Position numbers and translations under genes: made by a program | Assembly: GCF_003918875.1 (NCBI RefSeq) | Contig: NW_025766525.1 | Span: forward strand, 502,865-566,864 | Length of the DNA: 64,000 nucleotides | Direction of reading: 5' to 3' | Source of the DNA: Haliotis rubra | Taxonomy: Eukaryota | Part shown: one piece after another, positions 12,585 through 24,839 of the stretch | How the letters are laid out: each line of letters opens with the position of its first letter | Position numbering within the stretch: position 1 is the stretch's first letter | Notes under the pieces: model-generated | The model's database searches: none | The model's input: only the letters and a program-made list of their open reading frames with translations | Told to the model about the DNA's origin: nothing

Positions 12585-12677
12585 CTGCTCAAGTATGTAC
12601 AGAAGTCCATCTTTCGTTAGTAATTCAGGATGAAGCCAGTCAATATCAACATGCTTCGAGTCCGAAGAAGACGCCAT
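12585..12677 (-). CDS. Ashwin (C2orf49-like) coding exon 1, with ATG at 12677-12675
   Basis: It encodes MASSSDSKHVDIDWLHPELLTKDGLLYILEQ and ends at the donor CAG|gtggat. The motif LHPELL...LEQ matches the human Ashwin N-terminus ([20 protein letters not shown]). Phase 0 joins it to exon 2. Confidence 0.55.
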
Positions 12678-13253
12678 TTTGAAAAATACACCACGCAGTA
12701 AATGGCTTCCTTTTATTTCATTGGTTAATATGTGTAAACTCTTTGCCGACATTCGGGGGGGCCTTAGAGGGTTCGGTAATCTCCTCAAAAATGCAACCGC
12801 ATACAATGTTAGTGCTGTAGTAGAGTATGTGTCGACTATGTTACTATGTATAGCTTGTTTACTCACGCCTACATAGTGGTACATTGGGATGTAGTTGTTT
12901 GATGAAAGAAATTAGGTTCTAACTTGTTCATCGCCAAGAAAGGTATTGTTCTTGACTTAGTAATAATAGTTTACTTCTGTAGTACATGACATTGGGGATG
13001 TCAGAATATACGAGCGTTTCAGCATTGGTATCCCTGTTGTCGATTTCACTTCCGGGACAGGAAATAAATGTGTAAAAATATGCTGACAGTCCATTTTAAT
13101 ACGTGTTGCCGTCAAAGCATATATTTAAAATCCTTTATATTTTGAAACTGTGATAAATAGTTAGGTCCCCTTCGACAAAAGTTCAAATGTTTCCTCCTAA
13201 AAATTGCCACCCATCCCACCCGGATACTGCTTGCATCGTGATACAGAAAGGCA

Positions 13254-13860
13254 GACATACCTGAGGCGTGTTCAGAACCGCGAGCGCCCGTGCGATTGCC
13301 TCCCGCGAGCGCTCGCATCGGCCCTGAACGGACGCGAGCGCTTGGTTACAATAAACCATTCGTGACCAACTCGTGTTGTTCCGGGACAAGCCGAATAGCT
13401 TCTTTTATTATATTCTTAAGGGTGAAATACTGACATTGGTGAAAAGAAAAATGGTATTTTCATTTTCACTGAGTAGAATATCACTTTTGCCTGGAACAAC
13501 GAAACGCGAACTACGAAATCGATGTCTCGATCATTTATAAACATTGATCAAAATATCATAAATAGAATATATTTTGTTAATGTTGTCAATGGTTACGCCA
13601 CTCGTGAACATATCAACTTTGTCAGACCACTCGATGAAATGTACATGTTATTTGACAACATTAACAAAATATCCTCCATGCCTTCTTTTTGGAGGTTACG
13701 GAAAGGGGCGAGTGGTGACGAATGACATTAAACATGATCGCCATGTTGGTTCGCTTGGCGAGGCACCTGTGAGGATGGTTCGCGGGCGCTCGAACGGGCA
13801 CAGGCGTTCAGGATCGAGCGTTCGCTAGCGTTCGCGGGCGCTCGCGGTTCTGAACACGCC
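13254..13860. mobile_element. MITE-like element with GC-rich terminal inverted repeats of about 30 bp
   Basis: aggcgtgttcagaaccgcgagcgcccg at 13254 pairs with cgggcgctcgcggttctgaacacgcct at 13834. There is no convincing ORF inside. Confidence 0.45.
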
Positions 13861-14224
13861 TCTGGTTGTATACATATCCGCCCACATTTCCTTCTATCTT
13901 TTATTCACACATAACACATCTCATACAATTCAGCTCAGCACTTTTACGGTACCAATGAATACTGTACATTCTGCAATGCTATATCTGGAATTCCTGAAAT
14001 AATCCAAATTAATTCATTGAATCATGGGAAAATGTGTTGTCTCAGCTGTATCAAAATACAAAAATGTTGACTGGTTGCCGAACAGTTATAGCCTTGTGAC
14101 AGTTATCGCCAAAACATCAATATCACATGTGCACAATTCCGGTCAATCACAATTCCAGTATTTTTTCCACAGTATTTGACAACAATAAAGGACAGCAAAA
14201 GAAACTTCTTCATGGTAAGTAACA

Positions 14225-14545
14225 TAAGGCCAGACCAATTTTATTTCTTGTTTTATGGATTTTTATCCTCCAATAACCTAAAGGCAGAGAAAAAACATAA
14301 GAATAAAATCACCAGTCAAAGTAATATTCCTTCTAAATATTAAAGGTATTTTACTTTTGGTAAATTGTGAAGTGCATATGGGGCAAAAACACAATTTATA
14401 AAAAACATTTTCTTACAAGTTTACATTTTTCCAAATAAAAACATAAGGATTTTATTTTTGGAGCAGGAAAAATTAATTATTATTTTTTTCTTATTCTTGA
14501 AAAATTATGACCGGCTGATCCGTAAAACAAGAAATAAAATTGGTC
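14225..14545. mobile_element. MITE-like element with TIRs of about 30 bp
   Basis: ggccagaccaattttatttcttgttttatgg at 14228 pairs with ccgtaaaacaagaaataaaattggtctggc at 14518. Confidence 0.45.
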
Positions 14546-16119
14546 TGGCTTAAGAGAAAAATTAAAGATAAAGTTATGAACCCAAAAACCTTTTTTAACT
14601 TAGTCTGGGGGAATATCACACAATCTATATAATAGCAAGTTCAAGTTATAAGAAATCATTAAAGGTCACATGCAACCAAAAAATCAAACATAATTAAAAC
14701 ACAATTATCCCTTCTTCATGACATATAATATGCATTGCTGATTATGAAAAAACAAATAAACAAAATTATAAGCGTATAATCGCAAATCAAAAGTGCAATA
14801 TTTTGTACTTGGGTTTACCTCCCTCGAAACGAAGCAGCCGGGATACCGAACCCAGTCAGAGCGGGTGGGTGTGCACTCAAGTGTAACGGCTGGTTCATTA
14901 GCAGATGCTGCCTTCACGGCTCATTGTGTGTGTATATATAGAGATGTTGGGTTTTGTAAATACATGCTCATTTTTTGTGTATAACATTTTGCAATCAACA
15001 GACATCATAACATGTCATGTGTTCAAGTATCACACCTGCCTGTCTGTGTAATTACATAATGTGACAGAGACTGAACTCGGGCCATAAATCAATGCGTTTT
15101 GTTTATGGTGTATAGCCTGATTGGTGTTAAGTTCAAATTGCATGTGGTCAGTGATCGAAGTTGTGTATTGAATATTGTCATTAGCAGACAGGCAGGCAGA
15201 CACACAGGTGTCAATAAAACAAGACATTGAGTTTTGTCTTTGACAACGACATATCTATATCACAGTTAGAAATTGTGTCAACGCTAAATAATGACATTGC
15301 TTTTAAGTATCGAACTGAGAAAGTGACTCGGTAAGAAGAGCGTGTGGTCAAATAGACAAATGAAATTATATAAACAGTTTATTTACTGTCATAACATATA
15401 AAAAGCGGCGCCTGTGAGATATCAACAAAACATTATGAAAATAGCTCACACCAAAGCCTTCACCGAGTAATTCACCAGACAGCCCGCTTCGAACCTATTT
15501 CACTGCGCAAGACGCTATGAGCGCAGCCCAGCTGTTGAAACCTGTATTCCCCAGAAAAGTCTGGGGAAAATTAGTGAAACGTTTGAACTCCGATTTCTCG
15601 CGTTTTTTTCATCGCGTTATTTTTCAACTTTATAAGTTGAATTTGCATTTTTGACGCTTTGTTTCGGTAAGTCCATACCGAAAGGTATCAGAATCTGCAA
15701 AGTTGTGTTTTACGTTGCATGTGACCTTTAATTGTTTCATTCACTATCAGTCTACTGTGAAAAAAAAAAAACACTCAGTAAAGTCATGTATTCAATTATT
15801 CGAGGTTACAGTTAGTTGTGAGAAAAGACCTCTTTGAACTGACATGATTTCCTTCCGCAGCGTTATATAAAAGCATGATTGGCCTCAGTGAACTGGCTGG
15901 ACACATTGGTGAATGGCTAATTAAGTATGATAGTTAATTCTTTTTCATAGTAATTTTGTAAATACCGCTCAAATATGGCGATAACTTTTCAGCAGCCAGT
16001 GAGACATTTTGTGCCATTCATCACCACTCATTTATTTCTGTAACCTCTAAGAAGACTTGTCCTCTCGATGAATGTTGAGACATTTATGTGACTTAAACCT
16101 TGTAGGATACACAAGTCAA

Positions 16120-16555
16120 TATATATACTACCCATCAAAAGTTTAGACTCACTGAAAGCACTCACTATATGTTATGTATATGTATGTGGTTACATCGAAG
16201 ATGAATTTCTCCACCAACTTGGGGGAACCAACTGAAAACCTTATGCAGATGAATTGCACAAGGATGATGCTTCAAATTGCGAAAGGCATGAGCAAATGTC
16301 GTGCATGTGAACAGATTTGTTTTGGTGTAAAGTTTTGTTAAGAATTCGCCAATTTTCACAGATTTTAATCATTTACTGAACTCATGACAATAATCTTTTC
16401 AATGTTACGAATATGTTTTACAATACACCAGTTCATAACTAAACAGTACCTTTAAACAGTATGGAATATTTTGCAAAAAGCTAGTTTAGAACAGTGGACA
16501 AGTAAGTGGCTACATTTACACTAGTGAGTCTAAACTTTTGATGGGTAGTATATAT
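16120..16555. mobile_element. MITE-like element with TIRs of about 30 bp
   Basis: tatatactacccatcaaaagtttagactcactg at 16122 pairs with cactagtgagtctaaacttttgatgggtagtatatat at 16520. Confidence 0.5.
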
Positions 16556-17395
16556 TTGTCTATTTTTGTACAATGCCATGTTCTTATTCAATGACGTCTC
16601 ATGTTGTCAGTCAGGGTTAATCACAGGCTTGAGATTGGTTAATATGTTCTCTGCATGATGATCTGTTCGTGCATGTTGAAGTATAGCAGTCAGAAGTAAA
16701 TACATCAAGCCTGAAGAACACAACTCTACACACCTGTACACACCTGTACACACCTGTACACCTGCCCAACAACCTGGGTTTGGACCTGGTGAGGGAGTGT
16801 CTTCTTGAAAACCATTGTATAGGAATTTGTGTATTTGATAAGAATGTATGTACAAAAATCTTTCATTTGCAAATACATTAAAGAACATGAACAAAGATGT
16901 CACACGTACTATCTCAGCTGACCATTGAGGCCTGACACTGATGTGAACTACCTGAAATAAACTTTTGTGATCAGTTGAGAGACAAGCACGAGGTCAAATA
17001 TCCTGAAATGTTTTAGATATTTTTAAGCATTAGATTGCCACAAAGACATGTGACATTGAACAAGTTTGTTTGCACAGCTTTAGATGTATGTGATATTGTT
17101 CCTATATGGGATATTGACAGATGTATTCCATCGAACAATATTCCTTTTGGTTTCATTCATTTGCTGTAGCAGGAATGCCTGAAGCCTCAGCGGTTGCTGA
17201 TCATATGGTTCCATGCATAGAATTATTTAGCAGTGCAATCAATTATTCCAAAGTGGTAATATTTTATCAAATATGTTGAGTATAAGCTGCAACTAAAATA
17301 ACTTGATACTGGGATATATAATGCCGTATAAAATTTTCATTCAATCATTGCAACCCAAAAATTTAATTGTATATTATTGTACAATATAGAACAAA

Positions 17396-18175
17396 CTTTA
17401 TGGATAACAACTTCTTTTTATTGGTGAATGCGACGTTTTGATACAGATTCTTGTACCGTTGTCAAGCATAATGGAACATGAAGAAGGGGGAAGTATATAT
17501 ATACTGGATGTAACAATGGAACAAAGAAAACAACATAATTAACATAATTGGCTAGGCAGAAAGCTGATGAAGCCAGAGAGTAGACAAAGGACAGGCGTGG
17601 AAGCCAATGATGTACAAATAATAATGAGATGTTTATACAGCAGAGTTTATACAGTAGATTGGGCTTGGTGGATGAGTGCATCATAAGCGGATGGAATGAA
17701 GTATCCTTGGTCTCGGTTGATGGTGGGCTTTTGGCGTTTGATGTGGATGGCTTCGGTCATCTACAAAATATACTGTGATTGTGGGCAGAGCTACATAGGC
17801 GAAACTTCCCGACCCATCAACACCCGAGTGAAAGAACATCAGACCTCTGTTACCAATTCCGACAGCAAATCAGCCATTTCCGACCACATCAAAGCAAGCC
17901 CCAATCATCAAATAGAGTGGTCTGACATCACTATTCCCTCTAACAAACAAACAGACTTCACTAACCGCAAGCTCACCGAAGCCATCCACATCAGCTTTCT
18001 GCCTAGCCAATTATGTTAATTATGTTGTTTTCATTGTTACATTGTTACATCCAGTATATATATATACTTCCCCCTTCTTCATGTTCCATTATGCTTGACA
18101 ACGGTACAAGAATCTGTATCGAAACGTCGCACTCACCAATAAAAAGAAGTTGTTATCCATAAAGTTTGTGTCTGT
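17396..18175 (+). mobile_element. Penelope-like element (PLE) 3' fragment (GIY-YIG endonuclease domain) in an inverted partial-duplication arrangement
   Basis: ORF 17696..18019 encodes VIYKIYCDCGQSYIGETSRPINTRVKEHQ...AISDHIKAS...KLTEAIHISF, the PLE-type GIY-YIG with a CxC insertion. The ~180-bp 3' end (17990-18175) is present as its reverse complement at 17396-17580. Confidence 0.6.
17696..18019 (+). CDS. GIY-YIG endonuclease domain ORF (PLE-type), 5'-truncated element
   Basis: It has the motifs YKIY..CG..YIGET.R....R..EH and ...EAIHI. No upstream RT is present. Confidence 0.55.
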   Translation: MKYPWSRLMVGFWRLMWMASVIYKIYCDCGQSYIGETSRPINTRVKEHQTSVTNSDSKSAISDHIKASPNHQIEWSDITIPSNKQTDFTNRKLTEAIHISFLPSQLC

Positions 18176-18564
18176 CACTAAGCATAATACTGATGTTAAC
18201 AATAGCATTACACTTTGATGTTTTGCAGAACAGGGCGAAACAAAGTAAACCTGTCAAAATTATTGCCCGTAACAAGCAAATTTGTATTCAGGGAAGAAAC
18301 AACTGATCCATATTTCAACACATTCAGTGTTTGAGTTTTGTTTCCCTTTAAAGCTAGCATGTAGTATATCATTACTACAAGCATTTAGGTGCTGTAGACG
18401 CACATGGTAGGCCCCCTGTGAGTGAACTACGTTACTATGTGACACGTTAGAAGTGTACGTGTATCACACCATTGTCAGTAAACCCTCATGGGTTCTTCTT
18501 GCTCCCGCCCCAGGAAGGATGTGTAATGATCACGGTATTGACATCTGCTTCAGCTGATGTCAAC

Positions 18565-18741
18565 ATGGGGGTTTTCTCCACTTGTGTGATTGCCCTTGAC
18601 CTCACAACCAGCGTCAGTTTCAAGAAGAAAGTTGAGATAAAGAAGAAGATACTGGACAATGGGGGCATTGTTTCTTTCATCGTCACAAAAAAAGGTACTA
18701 CTTTCTTGATGATAGATATGCTGGATAGATGGCTTGGAAAG
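18565..18741 (+). CDS. PARP4: PARP4 (vault PARP) exon 1, from ATG 18565 (alternative upstream ATG at 18472)
   Basis: MGVFSTCVIALDLTTSVSFKKKVEIKKKILDNGGIVSF matches the human PARP4 N-terminus MVMGIFANCIFCLKVKYLPQQQKKKLQTDIKENGGKFSF. The donor is AAG|gtgtga, phase 0. Confidence 0.55.
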
Positions 18742-19417
18742 GTGTGATAGAGGTGTTACGTTTCTGAAGGATGGGAAACATTTACTCACGTTTATTTCAT
18801 GAAAGTTCTAAGGCTCTGGAAGAATTTGATAAAATGGATAAGGTCATGAAAGTAGAAATGCATGTATCAAGTGGCAAGTGAGGTTTAAAACATCTTGCAG
18901 GGGTTCAAAAATCCCATCGCCCGACGGGCAATCAAATAATGGTATCTTACTTGTCCGTGGGCTACTAGGTAATTTCCATTTATGGTTTCAAACTGCAAAT
19001 AAACTTTGATTTAATTTCATATCTGCTCAAAATGTAGCTATTAAATTTCGCAATGTAAAGTAGAGTTATCTTTCTTTGCTATTTAACACTTTTCAATAAA
19101 TAGTCCAGTAAACATTAACATCAAATACCATGTTGATTTCTTCTTTCATAATTACATCATCATAATTATGTCATAAAATCATGGCAAGTGGAAAATTAGT
19201 CAGGACAAGTTACTTTCTTAAAGTCACTTGCCCTGTGGCAAGTGGCTTTTTAAAAATAAATTTGAACCCCTGTCTTGATTTGCTTGCTGACTAAATAATT
19301 ACTTCCAGAGTGGTTGCAGATATTGTAATTAATTCAGCTTTTGTTTTTTAGAAGACTATTTACATTATATATCTAAGATATATATAACACTAAAACATTC
19401 CTGATTACTTGACACAG

Positions 19418-19616
19418 ACAACACATGTCGTTGGAAATGATCCAGAGAAGTTTGACGTGTCATCAAAATGCAGGATGGCTGTCAAGTACGGCATTCCAGT
19501 TGTCTCCCCAGAGTATGTGTCTGACGCCATCAGGCATGGCCAACTACCACTTACAGATGAGTACATCATTGGTGGGAGAAGCAAGACATCAGATTTCAAG
19601 TCAGGAAAAATTACAG
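19418..19616 (+). CDS. PARP4: PARP4 exon 2 (BRCT region)
   Basis: The acceptor is cacag|ACA. TTHVVGNDPEKFDVSSKCRMAVKYGIPVVSPEYVSDAIRHGQLPLTDEYIIGG matches human CTHIILDNADVLSQYQLNSIQKNHVHIANPDFIWKSIREKRLLDVKNYDP. The donor is ACAG|gtaaaa, phase 1. Confidence 0.7.
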
Positions 19617-20008
19617 GTAAAATATCATCCAATTTTAACCACTGAGTCTACTAATGACCAGTGACGAGGAACAAGTTTCTCACAAGGATCTGTTGGTAGT
19701 GATGTCAGTATTAGACACAAAGTTTGTTGAGAAGCAATGAAACCATCTCTCTGTCTGTTGTCTCTCTGTCAATGGTGTCATTTTATTGGACACATGTTTA
19801 GCATTCTGTGATTTGAATTAGACTTAATACAAACATTTTGTTGAGAATCAGATGTAAATCCTGGACCATTAAGAATTTTCTTCGTGTTGACTATGTGTAA
19901 ACGTGTTGACTATGTGTAAACGTGTTGACTATGTGTAAATCTGCAATATTGATTACTTGAACATGTTGGTGGTTTGGTGGCGTTTAAACATTCACCCTTG
20001 ATTCCAGC

Positions 20009-20150
20009 GCTAACGCCAAAGACAGAGCAAAGGAAGAAGACCAAGTCCATTTTCAGCATCAAGGGGGTTAAAGTATGGCAGTATGGGGACAATAAGGCGC
20101 CATTCTTTGATGAAGACAAATATGAAGTTGCCAAGTATGCCATGTTTGAG
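20009..20150 (+). CDS. PARP4: PARP4 exon 3
   Basis: The acceptor is ttccag|CG, which completes the codon GCG. ...FFDEDKYEVAKYAMFE matches human LPQDFEVAKYNTLEK. The donor is GAG|gttggt. Confidence 0.7.
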
Positions 20151-21099
20151 GTTGGTGTAATTATAATGTTGTGGGTGAGTCAGCTACCTAGGTCCAAGGT
20201 TTGTTTGGAAGTCTAGTGAGTGAGTGAGGTTATTTTTATGCCGCACTCAGCAATATTCCAGCTATATGGCGGCGGTCTGTAAATAATCAAGTCCCGACAA
20301 GACAATCCAGTGATCACCAGCATGAGCATCGATCTATGCAATTGGGAACCGATGACAAGTCAGTGAGCCTGACCACCCGATCCCGTTAGTCGCCTCTTAC
20401 GACAATCATGGGTTACTGAAAATCAATATTCTAACCCAGATCTTCACAGGTATTTGGAAGTGTAGACTGCCAGTTGTCCGACTACCATTTTTGTGGAAGT
20501 CGCGGCAGCTGAGTGAGTTAGATGGCTGACTTTGTGTGCTGGCGATTAGGTACCTGACTCTGAGGGTGGGGGTCCCTCATGGGACTCAACCCAACAAAAG
20601 TACTACAATCTATACTTTACTGAGAAAGCAGAATATAATCCCAAATATAACATATGTTACATTTGACCACTTTCTAAATGGCATTGTGTATTCATATTCT
20701 ATTCCTATTAAATATAAGTGTACACATAACTGCATGGTAACAAGGTTATATACATTACTACTTAATAGTAACTATTCTTAATCTACCAAATCTTTATTAA
20801 AAGATATAAGACATAAGTCTGCTTAAATTTTCAGCAGTATGACTTTTTTCCCAATTTGCCTGCACTTGATGTGGGATCCATGGTGTGACAAACAAGTTAC
20901 AACTCAACTCCAATACAATCAGCCTAAACTCAATCCTTTACTCAGTTGCTCTTTCCCTCTGTCGACCCCTGTATCCACAGGCAAACTGTAGCACTAATAG
21001 GGTTGTGCATCAGAGAGTAAATGACCAGGAAGTATGTTGCCAACCTTTGTTTGTTTTGCTTGCAAATAGGAAGCCTGGTCATTTTTCTCTCTGTTGAGC

Positions 21100-21630
21100 A
21101 ACCATATATGTGCTGCGGTTTGCCTGTGATCTATCGTGACCAGTAGCAGATTCAGCTGCGGTTTGCCTGTGATCTATCGTGACCAGTAGCAGATTCAGCC
21201 ACGGTTTGCCTGTGATCTATCCTCACCAGTAGCAGATTCAGCTACAGTTTGCCTGTGATCTATCCTCACCAGTAGCAGATTCAGCTATGGTTTGCCTGTG
21301 ATCTATCCTGACCAGTAGCAGATTCAGCTATGGTTTGCCTGTGATCTATCCTCACCAGTAGCAGATTCAGCTTTGCCTGTGATTATCCTCACCAGTAGCA
21401 GATTCAGCTACGGTTTGCCTGTGATCTATCCTCACCAGTAGCAGATTCAGCTATGGTTTGCCTGTGATCTATCCTCACCAGTAGCAGATTCAGCTATGGT
21501 TTGCCTGTGATCTATCGTGACCAGTAGCAGATTCAGCTATGGTTTGCCTGTGATCTATCCTCACCAGTAGCAGATTCAGCTACAGTTTGCCTGTGATCTA
21601 TCGTGACCAGTAGCAGATTCAGCTGGCCAC
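21100..21630. repeat. Tandem array in PARP4 intron 3, about 43 bp x 12 (ggtttgcctgtgatctatcgtgaccagtagcagattcagct)
   Basis: Read directly from the sequence. Confidence 0.85.
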
Positions 21631-21639
21631 AGGACAGTA

Positions 21640-22960
21640 CATGTAGGACTGGGCACAGGGGCATTTCACACTGAGAAACAGCGTTAGAAAGACATATAGG
21701 TATATGGACCCTACCCTAGTACTATATAAAATGAAAGGGATGTAACGATGGAACCACCCCCTGCTCAATCAAAGTTAGATTTCACTGCGTAAACTATATT
21801 TAAGGACCCGTCGAGGCCTACGGATCGAAAGCGAGATGATTTCCCTACAAAGAGAACTATAAATGGTCACAAGCGGATCATTATTTCAAACGTTATACGC
21901 CACAACTCACCGAAAACAGCTACCTCTGCAATTCCAAGCCAAAATCATGGATCACCCAAGACAGCAAAAACTCACCTTTTAAATTCATTTATTAATTCCA
22001 GCCACGTTGACAGTACCTATGTAGGGCTAGATTCGATCGGCAGCGTCATTCCACGGGTCTAAAAACTCATTGCAACATCTACAAATCATTTCCTCGACAG
22101 TAAGTAGGCATTTTCTCCCAAACCACCGGCAATCATAATCACTTGTTGGCCATAGATGGCCTTGACATTCAAGTGATCTGAGCAGATCCGCAGAAACTGA
22201 ACTGGGCCATCCGATTGGTGGAAAATATAATATACTGTAAGATTTTGCCTGTTTGCTAAAGGGCGCAAAATATGAACTTTGTAATATTCCTTCTATTCTG
22301 GATGATATAAGAATAATTTTAGAGGTTGTAAAAATGCATTCGATATTGATTTATTTTTAGGAAAATTTATTTATAAATATTTAACCTCTAAATTATTCTT
22401 ACCAATTTACTGCTCAGGTCTCTTAAATGTCAAGGCTATCTATGTCCGACAAGTGAGTATGATTGCTGATGGTTTTGGAGAAAAGTCCAGCTTACTGTCG
22501 AGGAAATGATTTATAGATGTTGCAATAAGGTTTTAGACCCATGGAATGCCGCTGCCGATCGAATCTAGCCCTACATAGGTGCTGTCAACGTGGCTGGAAT
22601 TAATAAACAAATTTAATAGGTGTGTTTTTGCTGTCTTGGGTGATCCATGATTTTGGCTTGAAATTGCAGAGGTAGCTGTTTTCGGTGAGTCATGGCGTAT
22701 AACTTTTGAAATAATGATCCGCTTGTGACCATTTATAGCTCATTTTGTAGGGAAATCATCTCGCTTTTGATCCGTAGGCCTCGACGGGGCCTTAAAAATA
22801 GTTTACGCAGTGAAATCTAACTTTGATTGAGGAGGTGGTGTTTCAGTCGTTACATCCCTTTCCTTTGATATAGTACTAGGGTAGGCTGTATATACCTATA
22901 TGGCTTTCTAACGCTGTTTCTAAGCGTGACACGCCCCTGTGGGACTGGGAGGTACTGTCC
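21640..22960. mobile_element. Foldback-like element, a long diverged inverted repeat (arms about 21640-22330 and 22350-22960) with almost no spacer
   Basis: The left arm 21640-22100 is the reverse complement, at roughly 80-85 % identity by eye, of 22480-22960. The arms continue inward to a palindromic centre near 22340 (aagaataattttagaggtt ... aacctctaaattattctt). A (cactcact)n microsatellite follows at 23003-23040. Confidence 0.55.
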
Positions 22961-23208
22961 ACCTGCTTTGAGCAGTACTGGTATGCTGAATACTGGAGGC
23001 TCACTCATTCACTCACTCACTCACTCACTCACTCAGCTACTGTCTACCGTTGTCGTAACTCCTCGAACATAGTCTCTATGATCACTGCGTGAACTTAGCT
23101 CAATCACTTCTTGTCCCATGTTGTTAGATTTTATACAATGTTGTCCAGTGTTGTCAAGTCTTGTCCCATGTTGTCCAGTGTTGTCAAGTCTTGTCCCATG
23201 TTGTCCAG

Positions 23209-23346
23209 GGCTATGATAAGAAGACAGATGCAGCTACTTTCTTTGTGGTGGAGATCCACGTGACTCAGTCCCAGGACCAGAACAAGGACTCAGAGGACCC
23301 CCGCTTCAGGGTGTACACACACCACGGCAGTCTCAAGGATGCTCAG
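23209..23346 (+). CDS. PARP4: PARP4 exon 4
   Basis: The acceptor is ttgtccag|GGC and the donor is CAG|gtgatg. It encodes GYDKKTDAATFFVVEIHVTQ...SLKDAQ, aligning to human VGMEGGQEAVVVELQC.... Confidence 0.65.
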
Positions 23347-23759
23347 GTGATGTCATGTAACACGTTTGAATAAAGTATTTTCCAGTTTAGAGAGTGCCTC
23401 AAAATGAAATGTATTATCCGTTATATATTGTGATATGGCTTTTGCAACACAATAGTGCATTCTCTTAAAAGGTAGTAGTTACAATAGACTGGAATAGATA
23501 ATTAAAAGAACGTTGTGAGACGTAACACTTATTGATGCACCCTGTGGTGGGTATGTGTGGCATTCAGTGTATCAAACGTTGTGAGACGTAACAGTTATTG
23601 ATGCACCCTGTATGTGTGGCATTCAGTGTGTGGCATTCAGTGTATCAAACGTTGTGGTTCTACAAATATCTAACATGAGTTTATGAATGAACTGTGTCAT
23701 TTCCAAACAAGCTAACATTTCAAGGCATTAGTGATTGTTATTGTATTTATCTGTTCCAG

Positions 23760-23924
23760 GAAGGGTATGACTGTTGTAGGGAGTGTAGATATGCCAAAAC
23801 ATCGGAGGAAATACTGGCCATATTTGGTAATGTGCACAAGGAACAGACGCTGCCAGGCAAGAAGATGGCCGTGGTTACAGGGAGGAAAGTCAGCAGGAAT
23901 ATTGGATCTCCAAAACTGCAAAAG
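23760..23924 (+). CDS. PARP4: PARP4 exon 5
   Basis: The acceptor is ctgttccag|GAA and the donor is AAG|gtgaaa. EGYDCCRECRYAKTSEEILAIFGNVHKEQ aligns to human RRQFAIKKTSEDASEYFENYIEELKKQ. Confidence 0.7.
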
Positions 23925-24303
23925 GTGAAATACCTCATGCAAACATGAACCCTGAAGCTTGTGTGTTGACATCAAATGCATTAATATTTTTGACATTATT
24001 GTATACAAATCTTCATAACATGATACATGATACACTTACATAAATAGATGTTTATATTAAGTAGTAGTATATTTCCTGTCTGTGAATGTGGTCATTATAA
24101 CTCTTCAAACATTTGAGGATCCCACATGATGAATTCATCATTTGTAGTGAAGTGACAACACCCTATCCACATTCATAAGAAAGGTGTACAAGGTGATCGT
24201 ACAATTCTCATTATACTATGAGCATCTGTTTGTTTGTTTATTTACCTGTATGTTTAATGCCACCAGTCTGTAAATAATCATGTTTCATGTCCATGTGTTC
24301 CAG

Positions 24304-24441
24304 ATTTTGGCAGAGTTACCTTCTGAAAGTAATGACCTTGACCCCCATGTGTCCGACCTTGTTGAACATGTGTGGCGTGAGGTTGCAGGGGAGATAACTG
24401 AGGTTATCACAATGCCAGTTGACAAAGTGAAGATGGACCAG
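24304..24441 (+). CDS. PARP4: PARP4 exon 6
   Basis: The acceptor is tgttccag|ATT and the donor is CAG|gtagga. ILAELPSESNDLDPHVSDLVEHVWREVAGEITEVITMPVDKV matches human LSQEVSDLVEMIWAEALGHLEHMLLKPVNRI. Confidence 0.8.
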
Positions 24442-24839
24442 GTAGGACTTCTATTTGGGTTGTACCACCTCACATATTATTTGCTGGAAATTAGTTTCGA
24501 TGTCCACAGTGTGAGGATAGTAGTACAAGTTGTTATTTCAGTGAAGTTTTATTCTTTCCCAGAGAAAGTCCATATAAGCACTATGCACTTGTCCAGCAAC
24601 TTCTAGAATACAACTAGGATACAACTAGTTGTGTTCCAGCGTTACTATGAGGATGTGGTATCTTCTCACCTTGGAGGAACCTCAGGCTCAAGGACGACTC
24701 TGGGCGACTGGGTTTACTTGTAGAGTTCCTTCCCTTACCTGTGATTGATCCACTGATAGTGGATTTGAATTTCAGATTTGTTTGGGGGATAAGCCTTGGT
24801 TTGTCAACACCAGATCTATAACAGAATTAACAGCAGCTC

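Noticed and set aside
14790-14920. tRNA-like T-arm motif on the minus strand (gggttcggtatcccggctgcttcg)
   Set aside because: No full cloverleaf could be folded. The D-arm and anticodon-loop conventions fail and the candidate is about 100 nt long. It is possibly a SINE or tRNA-derived fragment, but it is not supportable as a tRNA gene.
18472-18564. Upstream ATG at 18472 as the PARP4 start (MSVNPHGFFLLPPQEGCVMITVLTSASADVN-)
   Set aside because: The human N-terminus aligns from the Met at 18565 (MGVF.. against MVMGIF..). The upstream extension has no counterpart, although it is kept as an alternative.
20200-20580. Possible SINE-like insert (…tttatgccgcactcagcaatattccagctatatggcggcggtc… with ggttgagtccc B-box-like motif on the minus strand)
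   Set aside because: There are no clear A and B boxes at the correct spacing, and no TSD or tail was identified. It is left unannotated.
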